This document shows positions 12,525 through 25,020 of a DNA stretch of 64,000 bases, piece by piece. The DNA comes from Chrysemys picta bellii. Its lineage: Eukaryota. Within the stretch, counting starts at the first letter, position 1, and the number at the start of each line of letters is the position of its first letter. The notes under the pieces were generated by a model. That model saw only the letters and a program-made list of their open reading frames with translations, did no database searches and was not told the origin of the DNA. The stretch lies in NCBI RefSeq assembly GCF_011386835.1, contig NC_088800.1, positions 52,328,001-52,392,000 on the forward strand, written 5' to 3'. The translations under genes and the position numbers were made by a program.

Positions 12525-14784
12525 TGTGATGTTATTGACATAATCTGGGACCATATAGAATATGGTTGCAACCAAAGTCCTGTAGTTGCACCAAATCTTG
12601 TATAAAGGGGGTCAAATGAGATGTCTAAGACAAGGTTATGGTTTGCTGGTTATGATATGCTGTCTATATGTGTGTATCAATTTTGTAGTTGAAGTTATGA
12701 ATATTGGCTCTATACTGTCTGTATTTCAAACTTATGCTATGCTTCTTGGAAACTTCCCAGACAAGTTGGTGTTAGCTCTGCCTCGCCTGCTTGATGGCCC
12801 ATTAAGGACCATCAGCTATACAACTGACCCATTGAGAGAAGGCAAATACACCTTGCAACTCAGCAAAGTATGTAGGGACTGGCCTATGTGACTCCAGACT
12901 CCATTTTGCTGTAATTTTCCACAGTAAGGACAAAGAGATGTTCTTACACCTGGAAAAGACTATAAAAGACTGATGCCTCAACTACATCTGGTCTTCAATC
13001 CTGCTTCTTACCTCTGGATGGACTTTGCTACAAATGGAAGCTCTACACAAAGGACTGAATGACCCATCCCAGCTGTGGATGTACTCCAGAGACTTGATTT
13101 GAATCTGCAGTTTATTCTATCACTGCTACAAGCCTAGGGTGACCAGATCACCCAGTCAAATATCGGGACACGGGGTGGGGGGAGAGCAATAAAATAAAAT
13201 AAAAAAACAAAACAGTGGCAGAGCAAAAAAACAACCCCTCCCCCCGCAAATGCTAGAGGGAGGCCCCGGAGATGCAGGGGGAGCGCGGGGCCGGGGTGAA
13301 TGAGAGTCCGGCCTGGCCCCAAGCGCAGGCAGGACTCAGTTGGGCGGTACCTGGAGGGAGAGTAGGGGGGCAGCCCGCGGGGCCAGGCGGCGGCTGTTTT
13401 CCCCACCTGGGCAGCGGGACTCGGGAGCAGCCGCTGTTGCAGCTCCTACTGCCGTGGCCGGAGGAAGCGGCCATGGCACTCTGTGGCTGAGGCGCCCGGG
13501 CCCGAACCTGTGCCTGTTGTGGGGACCCAGCAGCGCACACGCTGCGCGTGCCCAGCCCCTGGCTAGTCGCGTCTGGGCTGGCTGCCCAGCTGGTGCAATC
13601 CTGCAGGCGGCCCCAGAGTGGGGGTGGGTGGCCCCAGCCCCCCCGTCCCGCTTGGGTCCCACAGGGGAACGAATGGTGCTGGGCTGCCGATACCTCCACC
13701 CCAGGGCCGCCGTGGGATTGCACCAGCTGGGCAGCCAGCCCAGACACAATTGGCCACGGGCTGGGCGCAGCGTGCGCGCTGCTGGGTCCTCGCAACCGGC
13801 CCGGGCTCATGGGGTTCAGGCCCGGGCTCCAGAGCCGCAACTGCCGAGCGCCATGGCCGCTTCCTCCCCCCGCGGCAGTGGGAGCTGCAGCAGCGGCTGC
13901 TCCCGAGTTCCACTGCCCAGGTGGGGAGATCAGCCGCCACCTGGCCCCACGGGCCGCCCCCCCTACTCTCCCTCCAGGTACCAGCCGACTGACTCCTGCC
14001 TGCGCTCGTGGCCAGGCTGGACTCTCACTCACCCCGGCCCCGCGCTCCCCCTGCGTCTCCAGGGCCTCCCTCCAGCGCTTGTGGAGGGAGGAGAATGGCA
14101 TGCTTGCGGAAGAGGCGGGGATTTGGGGAGGGAGCCAATGGGGGAAGGAGGTGACGGAGTCGGGGCAGGGGGGGCGCAAGCCCTTCCGGGCTCCGGTGCC
14201 TTTGCTTGTTTGTCCAGTGTCCCGACCTAACATTGGTTGGGACATGGGACAAACAAGCAAATATCGGGATAGTCCCGATAAAATCGGGACATCTGATCAC
14301 CCTATACAAGCCTGAACCAAGAACTTTGCCATTACTGTATGTAATGGATTCCATTTAACCAATTCTAGCTCTCATCTATATCTTTTTCCTTTTATGAATA
14401 AACCTTTAGATTTTAGATTCTAAAGGAGTGGCAACAGCGTGATTTGTGGGTAAGATCGGATTTGTATATTGACCTGGGTCTGGGGCTTGATCCTTTGGGA
14501 TCGAGAAAACCTTTTTTCTTTTATTGGGGTATTGGTTTTCATAACCATTTGTCCCCATAACGAGTGGCACTGGTGGGGATACTGGGAAACTGGAATGTCT
14601 AAGGGAATTGCTTGTGTGACTTGTGGTTAGCCAGTGGGGTGAGACCAAAGTCCTCTTTGTCTGGCTGGTTTGGTTTGCCTTAGAGGTGGAAAAACCCCAG
14701 CCTTGGGCTGTAACTGCCCTGTTTTAAGCGATTTGTCCTGAATTGGCACTCTCAGTTGGGTCCCGCCAGAACCACATCATTACA
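12525..14784 (+). mobile_element. Solo LTR (~1.08 kb without the nested insert), interrupted by a hAT foldback element
   Basis: TGT...ACA ends; 5-bp TSD caggc (12520-12524, 14785-14789); TATAAAA at 12961, AATAAA at 14397. Confidence 0.85.
13135..14304. mobile_element. 1170-bp non-autonomous hAT element with long internal inverted repeats (foldback)
   Basis: TIRs tagggtgaccagat/atctgatcacccta; perfect 8-bp TSD tacaagcc (13127-13134, 14305-14312); about 13255-13660 is inverted relative to about 13700-14080. Confidence 0.9.
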
Positions 14785-15480
14785 CAGGCATCTAGGTGTG
14801 AAAATTTTGGCCGGTGTATAAATGAGACAGTATAAATGATTCAGTTCTATGAATTATTGTACTAATGTGCTGTCAAATGCACAAGAAATGTGTATATGTA
14901 TGCATATATATTTATTTCTCTGTCATACCCACAGCTCCACTCGTCTTCCTATTCAGGATGTCAGAATTAAGGAGCAGTTTTAAAGAGGTATTTTCACACT
15001 GGAGCAAACATTTACACAAAGCACAATTCACTTGGCTTGGAGTTTTCCATATTCCCTCGGCTATTTTTAGCTATTGATGTTTGAGTAAAGCTTTCCTTTC
15101 CCGAATGCAGTTTCTCCTCCTCCTGCCACATGATCCTTTGCTCATAAACTCCCCAGTAAGTTAACGTGGAATGAAATAGAGATGTCACAAAGTCAGCATT
15201 TATAGCCTCACTGCAGGACAAATTCTGAGCAGAACAGGCATGAGCGAAAGACAGGAAGTTCCTGTTTCAAGTCAAATAGCTTTGCTTCCTAGGAAGAGTA
15301 GCATTAGACAGCAGTGTATATAGCATTGGGAAACAATTACAAAATAAGTTGGTTTAAAATATATTTCTCAGTATTAGTATTGCTCTATGAATGGTTGCTC
15401 TATGACCAACTTCAAATACAGTGTATGCAAATACTGTACATCTTACCACCTGTGTCAGTGACATCATTCATTCAGACTAA

Positions 15481-15722
15481 GGCCATGTCTATATGTACAG
15501 CACTGCAGTGGTGCAGCTGTACTGATGCAGCCACACCATTGCAGTGCACCTGGTGAGACATTCTAGGATGACGGGAGACCATAAAAACCATCTCCACGAG
15601 CGGCAGAAGCTCTCCTGCTGACATAGTGCTGTGCATATGAGCGTGTATGTCAGTGTCACTTATGTCACTCGGGGGGTGGTTTATTCACACGCCAAGTGAC
15701 ATAAGGGATGCTGATGAAGCCT
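15481..15722. mobile_element. Harbinger-like MITE, degenerate
   Basis: taa|ggccatgtcta terminus; right end uncertain. Confidence 0.45.
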
Positions 15723-16039
15723 GAGACAGAGGGACAGATCTCTTCCCCCTGCCAGCATTATAAGAGGTTACAGAACACAGAGCATTGTTTAGTCAACTGT
15801 AGAGGGCCAGGAGGAGCCACAAGCCATTTACCATGAAGCAATCTTCAGCCCAAGCTGTGCAACGAGCCTCAACACCCACTGAAAAGCCTGGAATTCGACC
15901 TCCCAACCTGAACACAGCAACACACTATGCCTTTTCTGATCATTTTGTCAAATCACAACCCCCAGTCAGTACAGAATGCTTTGAGTTAACCGTCTGTTCC
16001 CAGTAGTTATCTACCCAGTGTCAGCCGGCATTCAATAAT

Positions 16040-16265
16040 AGCAAGTAATTAACACCTCGCATTTCCCCAGCAACTTTTGTCCCAGGACCTTGAACCATGG
16101 TAAACCATTATTTACTCCATGCAGAAATGGGTACTCTTCTACCTTCTTCATTAATGAGTAGGCTGATGCACAAAGAAATGCCTTGCCCAAGAGCACCCAG
16201 TGCATCAAAGAGAGTCAGGAACAGAACCTGGGTATCCTGTCCTCTTGGTTTAACCACTAGGAGCA
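16040..16265 (-). mobile_element. Degenerate MIR-like SINE
   Basis: ttgcccaag...agtcaggaacagaacctgg resembles reverse MIR. Confidence 0.5.
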
Positions 16266-16378
16266 TGTGCTCCCTCCTCCCAAAGGAAAACCACTCGACG
16301 GCAAAGATAAGCTTAGTGGGACACTCAGAAGCTATTCCTCCATTAAAACTTCAGAGGCAGCTGCAATAGCATTCATAC

Positions 16379-16472
16379 CTTGTCAGTGATGTCCTCATCC
16401 GCACACTCCATGTGGTCACAGAAAGGTTCTTCCATAGCATCCGCAGTCAGGGTGCCCGTCTGATGTAAGTGC
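16379..16472 (-). CDS. RAB11FIP3: RAB11FIP3 exon, 94 nt (HLHQTGTLTADAMEEPFCDHMECADEDITDK)
   Basis: Acceptor ataaag|G, donor AAG|gtatga; phase 2 to 0. Confidence 0.9.
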
Positions 16473-19400
16473 CTTTATCCGAGACAGACCAACCCAACCC
16501 AAAGCAAGATGACCATTAGAGAGAACATTGCAGAAGGAAAAGTATAATTTCTTATACAATTTCTCTCAACTCCTCACCCCTTCTCCTGCAGGAGACATTG
16601 GGCCATCACTCTCTTTTGGGTGACAGTAAGTGAAGATGATTAAACAAGGAGGCTATCCTGGCAAAATAGCGATTCTATCGAGTAGCGGGCCTCACTTTCA
16701 CCAAATGATGCTCTGACAAGCCAACAAGAGTCAGCATCCCACAACACCTCAGTACTGCCGAACTATGGGGCAGGAATCTTCACTAGGTTTGTGACTTGTA
16801 GTGAACAGCACCTGGCTGTCAGAGGGGAAATGGACAAGTAGCATTGGAACTTGGTGCTAACACTTCTTATTCTTGCTCTTTGGAATATGGAAAGAGCTTA
16901 CTTTCCACACTTCATTTCGTTTTGAACTTAACATTTATATTCCAGAGCAGCAGGACTAAAAGTACTCTGCTCTCCCCAGAGATAAAGCCAGAAAGGAATG
17001 GGGAGTGAACTGAGCTTGTGAAATACACACTCAACTCCAGCTCTCCAAGTGGGAGACTAGTAAATCATTAGCCATGGCTTATAACACTTGGGTTTTTGTT
17101 TTCTTTCAAAGGACACTGTTCAAAACAGTCTAGACATTCACCCTGTAATGTAATGACATGTGTTCTACAGGAGCTGAGCGCGGTATTCCACCGTAGTGGG
17201 GGTGGGAAGGGGGAAAGCAGAATTATTACAACCTTGAATAATTAAAAGCACAGGATTTACATCAAGAACTATAGATATAGAGAGAGCTGAGGATACACAG
17301 ACTATAGTTTTACTGGCTCTCTCTCTGGAGTTTTTACATGAGTCTGTAACTAGTTAGTAACATGGGTGTATTATGGCTTGTGTCCCCACACACTATGGTT
17401 AATACACTATTAGTAGCATAGGTGCTGGAGATGGGGGGTGGGGTTAAGGGGAATGGGAGGAGCAAAGGGCCATTACCTCCTCACTTTTTAAGCAGGGGGA
17501 ACCATATACCCCCACTTTTGAGAATCTGAACTGGGCAGGTCACAACCAGGGGACGGGGGCAGGAACACAGCCCCTCCCTTGGCCCGTGACCAGAGCATGG
17601 AAGCATTATGATGGAGGGGCAATATATTAATAGATTTTAGCTACTTAAATGGTCACAAAGTATTGGGCATTCTCAAAACTAAAAAAACATTTCTTGAGAA
17701 GGCTCCCAGTCACAAAAGATGATGGTAGTTCCTTTGGTCACTTCTGCTGAACCAAGGGAGTTAAAAGTAAACAGAGCTAATCTGAATCCCTGAAGACAAT
17801 CTTCTTTAAGCAAGTAGCATCCTAATTCTTAATCTGGTCTTTAAGTACTAAGTAACTGGCCCTTCAGTATGCTGACTCTATTCAGAAAGAAGGCACAGAA
17901 TGGATCCTCTTAGAGTTTTAACATAGGTCGGCTCTGCCTTTTTACCTACTGCTTTCTACAAAAACATTTAATATTTTTAACTAAAGGTCTGGGACACATC
18001 CTTGGAAAATACCTCAGTGTTGGATGACACGGTGTCAGTAAGATGTCAAGCACACCATGCAAACCAGGCAGAATGATTATAAAATAGTTATTGACCATAG
18101 AGAGAAAGGATCTCTCCTACTGGGAGAAATTTAGGGTTTGTGAACGAGAGCCCCTGGTCTACATTCGAAAGCTATTCTGTTCTGGTCCCACCAGGAAGGT
18201 GTATGCATCCAGTCAGAATCAAGAAGGGTTGTGTTTTTTTTTAAAAAGCATCACAATATCACTGAACTACTTTATGCTCTTAATGAGAGCTCAACAAGTA
18301 GCACATGGAAGAATAACTTTCCAGGAAGAGGTCCGTTTGCTTAAGCAGAGAACCTCTGAATTTGTGACTCTGACTCCAGCCAAATTTCTAGGTATGAAAA
18401 TACCTAGAATTGTGATCTTGGATCCAGTACTCCAAAACTTTAAAATATCACATGAGAACAAACAAGAATGAGAGGATGGCAAGGGGGCAGCTTAATCTTA
18501 AATTAAAACTCCCTCATGGTACCTGAAGCAGATGGAAGAGAAACAACTTAATTGAGTGAGAGAGTGCTCAGAACCTCTGGAGTCACACAAGGTCAAATTA
18601 TAAAGGCTAGTCTTAAATAGGAAGCCTGGAAACTTGCCTTCTAGCTTAAAACCACTAAAAAAGCAAAAAAGTTTCTAACAAATAGCTTGAAAGTGAGACT
18701 ATGGGAACCATGAAATGTAATACTCAAGACCCATTTCCCCACCAGCGAGAAAGAACCGAGTCTGGAAACGTTTGCTGGTTACAGGAAAAATTAAGAAGAA
18801 ACAATGTGGGAAAACAGCTGGAAAATATTTCCAAAGAACTCCTGAGCTGATGAAAGCAGGGCAGGGAATCTGTTTCCCTAGGATAAGCCTGACATAGACC
18901 TAATCTCCAGCCCTTCCCTTGATTCCAAACCCAACAGATTCACGGGGAGTGAAGATTTCTTGGAATTTGTTCCAGAGCTTGACTGACCCACTCAGGAATG
19001 CTGCTATGTAAACAGACTCCTGGGATCTGAGAATACACATTTCTAGAGGGTGCCAAATCATCACACAGACTGTTCAAAAGACCAGCCCATGTTTCCCAAA
19101 CATCCCAACCAGACCTGAAACTAGAGAGACCTGGAAACAAAAGAGTATGTGTAAGAACAGCAGAAACCTTCCTCTTCCCTAAATCCTCTCTCAGAGTATC
19201 AGGGAACAATGTATTTGAGTCTTACATTAGATTTCCAAAAATCCTAGAGAGGGGTGTCAGTAAAGATTATGCCAGAGAATGAACACACGAAAATAAAAAA
19301 GGCAGGTTTGGACAGCTAGAACAAACTTTTTCCTTCAGCTATAGAAAAGAAACACCATGGAAAGAAGTATTAAAGCCAACCCCCTCAAGGAAAAGATACG

Positions 19401-20579
19401 AAACCGACAAAATGCTATCAAGACTCAATGATCTTGCTTCTGAGAGAATTTCAGAGCAAATGTGGTGTCTGCCTTTTTGTTATACAGGGGGAAGGTCTCA
19501 TAGCTTCATTGGCTAGTTGTTACAAATTTCCTCATGCAACTCCGCTGGAGAGACAGGGATCCTTAAAGCATTACCCAAGCAGATCCTGGCCCTTCAGCGT
19601 TCCAGGATTCTTGAAAACAAGATGAACTGTTTGGGAAAATTTGCACTCTCACGTGACAGTGATGAAAGCATTATGTCCAGAATGAACTGCTTCCTCCCAT
19701 CCCCCATTATTGGGAACCTAAATACCTTGTGAAAATAAAGCAACAGCCCAGTCAGAGTGCTTCCTTTAACAGATCATTGCAAGAATCAGAGACAAGGGCT
19801 TGCCTAGATGGGGAAATTTACCAGCAAAATTATATCACTACCATTATACCTGTATAAGTAGAGAGGTAAATTTCCACATGTAGGCAAGCCCTAAGACAGT
19901 CCCTATACCACAGGAAACATATGCAATAATATAAAGCCACAGTTGGGGAGAGTAGCTCTGCCCCTATGTTTAAGAATGCCTAAGGAGTCCATGAAACAAC
20001 GTATGGAAGAGATGAAGAGCAAGTCTCATGGCATCCATGAAGTCAAACAGGGAGGAGCACAACTCGAAATATGGCAGAAGCAAAACAGAAACAGTGAATC
20101 TGTCTGCGTGGACTGGTGTTTTAGTGGTGTGGCAAAGGCTTAATTTCTGACTGGATGCATCTACTCAGCTGACCGGGCAAGGGCTCACTCAACTGTCTAG
20201 GCTAGTGATACAGAAAAGCACGTACATCAGTAACTAGGAGTTTTCAACATGGGCAAAGTCTCCTGCAGACTCTCATGCTCTGGGCATCCATAGACTGGGG
20301 GTCTGGGAGGACAACCTGGGAGAAGTCACGCGTAAGTCAGTCTCCAGAGGTGAATGCATTCTGAAAATATCTTTTTAATGATTAAAAAAAAAATCTTTAA
20401 AATCTATAATGTGAATTAAAATTGCCGTCCATTACACACTGCAGAAACTGTACTGTACATTTCTCTAAAAGTAAAATTTTGCACATTTTGTAGATAGCTG
20501 TAAGCCCGTTGTACATGCAACAACCTACACAAGCATATTCCTTAATGACAACAAAAGGATAATAAAAGTATCAGCGTAC

Positions 20580-20615
20580 CTTGCTACCTTCTTGCTTGAG
20601 AGTCTTTTATTTGGA
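20580..20615 (-). CDS. RAB11FIP3: RAB11FIP3 36-nt microexon (PNKRLSSKKVA-R)
   Basis: Acceptor ttgttcatttcacag|T with a long pyrimidine tract, donor AG|gtacgc; phase 2 to 2. Confidence 0.92.
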
Positions 20616-23423
20616 CTGTGAAATGAACAAAAACAACAGGAAAACAGAGTCAGGAAAACTGAGAGTGAAGAGCAAGGGGAAACAGGAAACAAACTAAGCA
20701 AGAGTGACAGGGGCCATATCCTTTACAATTAACACCACAGCACGGCACACACAAGGCATGCATTACTCAGCTTCTCTGAGGCAATCTCCATGTAAAAATC
20801 CAGGTAAATTTGCACACATTTAACAACATGTCAAGATGAATTGGAACATACAGCACTTGTCATTGCTGCAGAAGTTTCAATGGGTCCAGCAAAGTGCTCT
20901 CTCTTTTAACTCGTTGATTCCAGTCCTGAAAGCAGATCCCTAGGAAAAATGCTAATAGAAGAATTGAGCTTGGTGGGACTCAGACCCGTTACAAATGGAC
21001 TGTAGCCCGAAATACACTTGATCCACCTGGCAGCTTGTGCAGACAATGAGCCCATCTCTGAAAGAAAACACTGAAATATCCTGCTGCAAATACAAGCAGA
21101 ATGACTGTACTAGAATCACAAGTATGGAGAGCAAAAAATAATAATTAAAAAGCAAACAGCTCAATGAACTATCCTCTGTATTTCATCAACTCCAAACAAT
21201 TATAATTTTACTGAATTGTGTTTGACATCGGACATAACAACATAGGTTGACATACGACTGGCTGGCTGCTTGTATTTCAGACTGCGACTTCCCCAGATTT
21301 TGGGGGTTGATTTGTTTGACCTTTTCTTCTCTCCCTCCCTCATATGCAGCTGTGTTCGCATTTAAAATCAGGAAGACTAGATTTTAAGCAAGATAATGTT
21401 TCAAGTACTAGAAATAGGTGCATTCATAAGCTATATTTAGCAGCAGCTAACAGAGTCGTCTCTTACAGAATTGTATTTTCTTTTTAAATACTTAGCATGC
21501 TATCCCGACATAGGCTATAAGGACATATCAACATTAACATCATGCTGCACAGCTTTAATGTCCTGATATAGTGACCCTCTCTTAGTGCATAGCTCACCTA
21601 TGATGATGAAAAGCACCTGGTCACAGGACCTCTTTGCTCACAACATAACAGATTAATACTTTCTTCACATCAGCCACTTGCTATTTGCCACTTCAAGTGA
21701 TTTTAAAAGTCATGATTTATCTATTTTTTCCTCTTTTAAGTTTACTAACATGCAATCAAAATTAGGACTAGTTACTGCATAATGTGCCTCAAATTTCTTT
21801 ACATATATTTTGTATGCTATTGTAATCAAGTGGTTGCTTAAAAAAAATCAGCTTCCTCCAGAATCTTCTCTCTTTCTCCTTTATTCACTCCCCTTGTCCC
21901 AAGTTTGGGAAATAATGGCTTTAATTTCCCTCTGCAACTGGATTCTTCAAAACCATGATCACATGGAAACCTGCAAGAGGATGAACTGGGACACTCCAGC
22001 GTCTACCACTGCACAAACAGAGATGGCCTCATAGGAAAGGAGACTGATTAAAATCTAAACAGAACCTTGCTCCCACCCAGAGCAATGCTACTGTATGAGA
22101 AGCGAGGTTGTCAATTTCTAAAGTTCTGATGCTTGCAACATGGTATCCCCATGTACAGGGAACTACTATAGTTAATGAGATGTTGCAGATGATATGGAGC
22201 ATTTATAATTAGGTATTTTCCAGAAACTGGTAGAGGTTTAAAATTTTTGCCCTTTATTCTACTCAACTGGCCAGAGTGACTTGCTGTCCCAAGCACTGAG
22301 CAAGCCAGCACCACCCTACAGCTTTTATGAAACAGCCTGGATGCTCAAAGCAATTAGACCAGCTCTCTTCCCTCAAATCACAAAGACCTGCTAAATACCT
22401 CCCTCTCCTTTCAGGCAAGGGAGGGAGGCAGAGGGAGAAAAGAGGAAGGATCGGGGGCTACAGACGAAACTCCTTTACAGAGAGGGAGGGTCTGAGTCAC
22501 TCATTCAAAAATTTAACTTTTCTTACAAACCTATTCCCCGTTCTCACTTTCCAACATCTCCTGACATTTTTAGGAAAGATAAAAGATCTATTTAATTAGT
22601 CAAGCCCAGTATCATCAAAAAGATGGAACGTTCATACCCCCACTTTCTCCTAATTTAAAAATGTAAAAGAGAAAGAAAAATAGAAATTAATAGATCTGCA
22701 TCTATATGTTCACATGCAAGGAGTAAGTAACTGGGCCAGTTTTATTTATTTTATTGTTGCTATAGTATCACTAAATTAGGGATGAAGTAAATGTTTTTTT
22801 CCCCCAAAATGTGGGGAGTTCTGAAAAAAATTCTCAAAATAAGATATTGGTGGGAGTTACACTCCAAGATCCAGAAACTTAAAATGAACAATTGGCTGAG
22901 CAGAGAGGAAAGGCAATGGACATAAAATGTAGATCACTGACTCCAAGAGGTGAAATGCTTATTTTACCCCTTAGAAGGAGGAACTAAAAATAGCTTGAAC
23001 CGAATCAACTCACAAATAGTTTCTGGGAAGCACTGGCTGATCATGCTTTTCAAGCTAACTGGTTTCCTAATCGTGGTTTTGACAGTGAACTTTTGACATT
23101 TCTATTGAGTGAAGGAATCACTTTTGGCGAGATTTCAAGGATTCTGGAAACCTGCTTCCCCTCTCTGATGGAAAGGGGCTAGATACTGCTTCTCCAGAAC
23201 TTGTGAAGGAAAAAAAAAATCAATGCATGTCGTCACTTGTATCTGAGGGAGATTAATCTGTTTTTCTTCACAAATGGCTGATCAAAAGTGTATCTGGGCA
23301 TCTTTGGATCCCAGGCCTGAGAAGCCACCTGGCATGGGAGGTGCATCTATCCACAAAAGGTATTTCAAGTTTATCTACCTATTGCAATGGTTGGGTAGAA
23401 GCAGTTGCAGCTTGGCGGCAGAC

Positions 23424-24176
23424 TAGGGTTACCATATTTCACAAATAAAAAAAAGAGGACCCTCCCCGGGGCCCTGGCCCCGCCCATTTCCCACCCCAGC
23501 CCCGCCCCTCCCCGCGCCAACCCCACCCTAACTCCGCCCCCTCCTCCCTCCCACTCCCAGCCACGTGAAAAGGGCTGCCCGAGCGCTACCCGGCTTCACG
23601 GTTTGCTGGGCAGCCCCCAGACCCTGCGCCCCCGGCCAGTGCTTCCCCAGCGCAGCTGGAGCCCGGGAGGGGAAGCGCCCAGCCGGGGGCGCAGGGTCTG
23701 GAGGCTGCCCGGCAAACCGTGAAGCCGGTAGCGCTTGGGCTTCGGGCAGCCCCTATGCCTCCGGACCCTGCACCCCCGGCCGGGAAAATGCCGGCCGGGC
23801 ACTTCCCCTCCCGCGGCTGCTCTGCTCCTCCCCTGACTCTTCGGCTCTGTTTAAGAGCCGGGCTGCTCGAGCGCTACCGGCTTCGGGCAGCCCCCATGCC
23901 TCCGGACCCTGCGCTGCCGGAGCCCGGGAGGGGAAGTGCCCGCCGGCGGCTGGGGTCCGGAGGCAAGGAGGCTGCCTGAAGCCCATAGCGCTCAGGCAGC
24001 TCGGCTCTTAAACAGAGCCGAAGAGTCAGGGGAGGAGCAGAGCAGCCGCGGGAGGGGAAGTGCCCGGCCGGCATTTTCCCGGACATGTTCGGCTTTTTGG
24101 CAATTCCCCCCGGACGGGGGTTTGATTGCCGAAAAGCCAGACACGTCCGGGAAAAAACAGACGTATGGTAACCCTA
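23424..24176. mobile_element. 753-bp non-autonomous hAT element with internal inverted and direct repeats
   Basis: Perfect 13-bp TIRs tagggttaccata/tatggtaacccta; TSD cggcagac/cggcagat (7/8); about 23780-23860 is inverted relative to about 24000-24083. Confidence 0.9.
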
Positions 24177-24889
24177 CGGCAGATGCAAACATCTGACAAT
24201 GGAATCCTGGGTACATTTTAGACAGGGTTTGGGGGTGTTTTTGCTGTTTATTTCACAGCACTGAGACTGCTCCTTTGAAGGATTTCTTGTGATCAGGGAA
24301 AGCACTGCTGAAAAAATATCTATGATTTTGCAATGCTGCTCCTGCTTCTAGACATTTTGGCTGTTTTAGATATTTTGGCTCCTTGTTTTCTTCTGGGTGC
24401 AAGGTGTTGGTAATCATCTTCAAAGCCATCAGTGGTCCAAGGCCATTGCCTGAAAGAGGATCTTGTAGCCCCTATTCTGTCACAGCATGCAATACAAGCT
24501 GGGATGTTCTTGCTGTTTATTGTGTGGATTCAGTTCTCTCAGCAGAATGCTCTCTTCTTTGGAGTTCTTTCCCCTTGATGGGCCAACACAGCCAGAGTTT
24601 GGCTGCCTCCAGGGCAAGATACAAGGCAAATTATTTAGTTTAACATTTTGTCTATGATATTTCATTACTCTCTTGTTCCTGTGCAGTCATGTCTACCAGA
24701 TCTCAGCCCAGGGCACTACATGGGTTTCTGTCCAATGAGCTGTTGGCTGCCTCATTACTTCTGATATAAACAAAACTCATGAACAGGCTAGGCAATCTCT
24801 AATTTGTGCTCCATGAAGGCAGCCCTGTGCCCCCTCCCCCCAACCCCATTCACAGAATACACGGGTGACACCACTTATACCAAATCACC

Positions 24890-25020
24890 CACCAATGTCA
24901 CTTACCATTTATACCTGCTCCTGTATTTTGCACTTCATACATCTGATGAAGTAGGTTTTAGCCCATGAAAGCTTATGCCCAAATAAATTTGTTAGTCTTT
25001 AAAGGTGCCACATGGACTCC
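24890..25020 (+). mobile_element. PLE terminal-repeat fragment with a degenerate hammerhead motif
   Basis: cat-CTGATGA-a-gtagg..cccat-GAAA-gctt-atgc at 24940-24978, followed by aataaatttgttagtc...ggtgccac. Confidence 0.8.

Noticed and set aside
13253-14315. Long ORFs of 335, 296 and 255 aa on both strands
   Set aside because: They lie entirely within a TSD-bounded GC-rich foldback hAT element; low-complexity P/G/A composition from stop-poor sequence.
15170-15200. Minus-strand ADFVTS resembling the upstream RAB11FIP3 exon end (DDFVTYE)
   Set aside because: Wrong position (between downstream exons) and no splice donor; coincidence.
18850-20330. Possible very old LINE fragments (also about 25050-25650)
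   Set aside because: Only short motif-like similarity; family and boundaries cannot be supported by eye.
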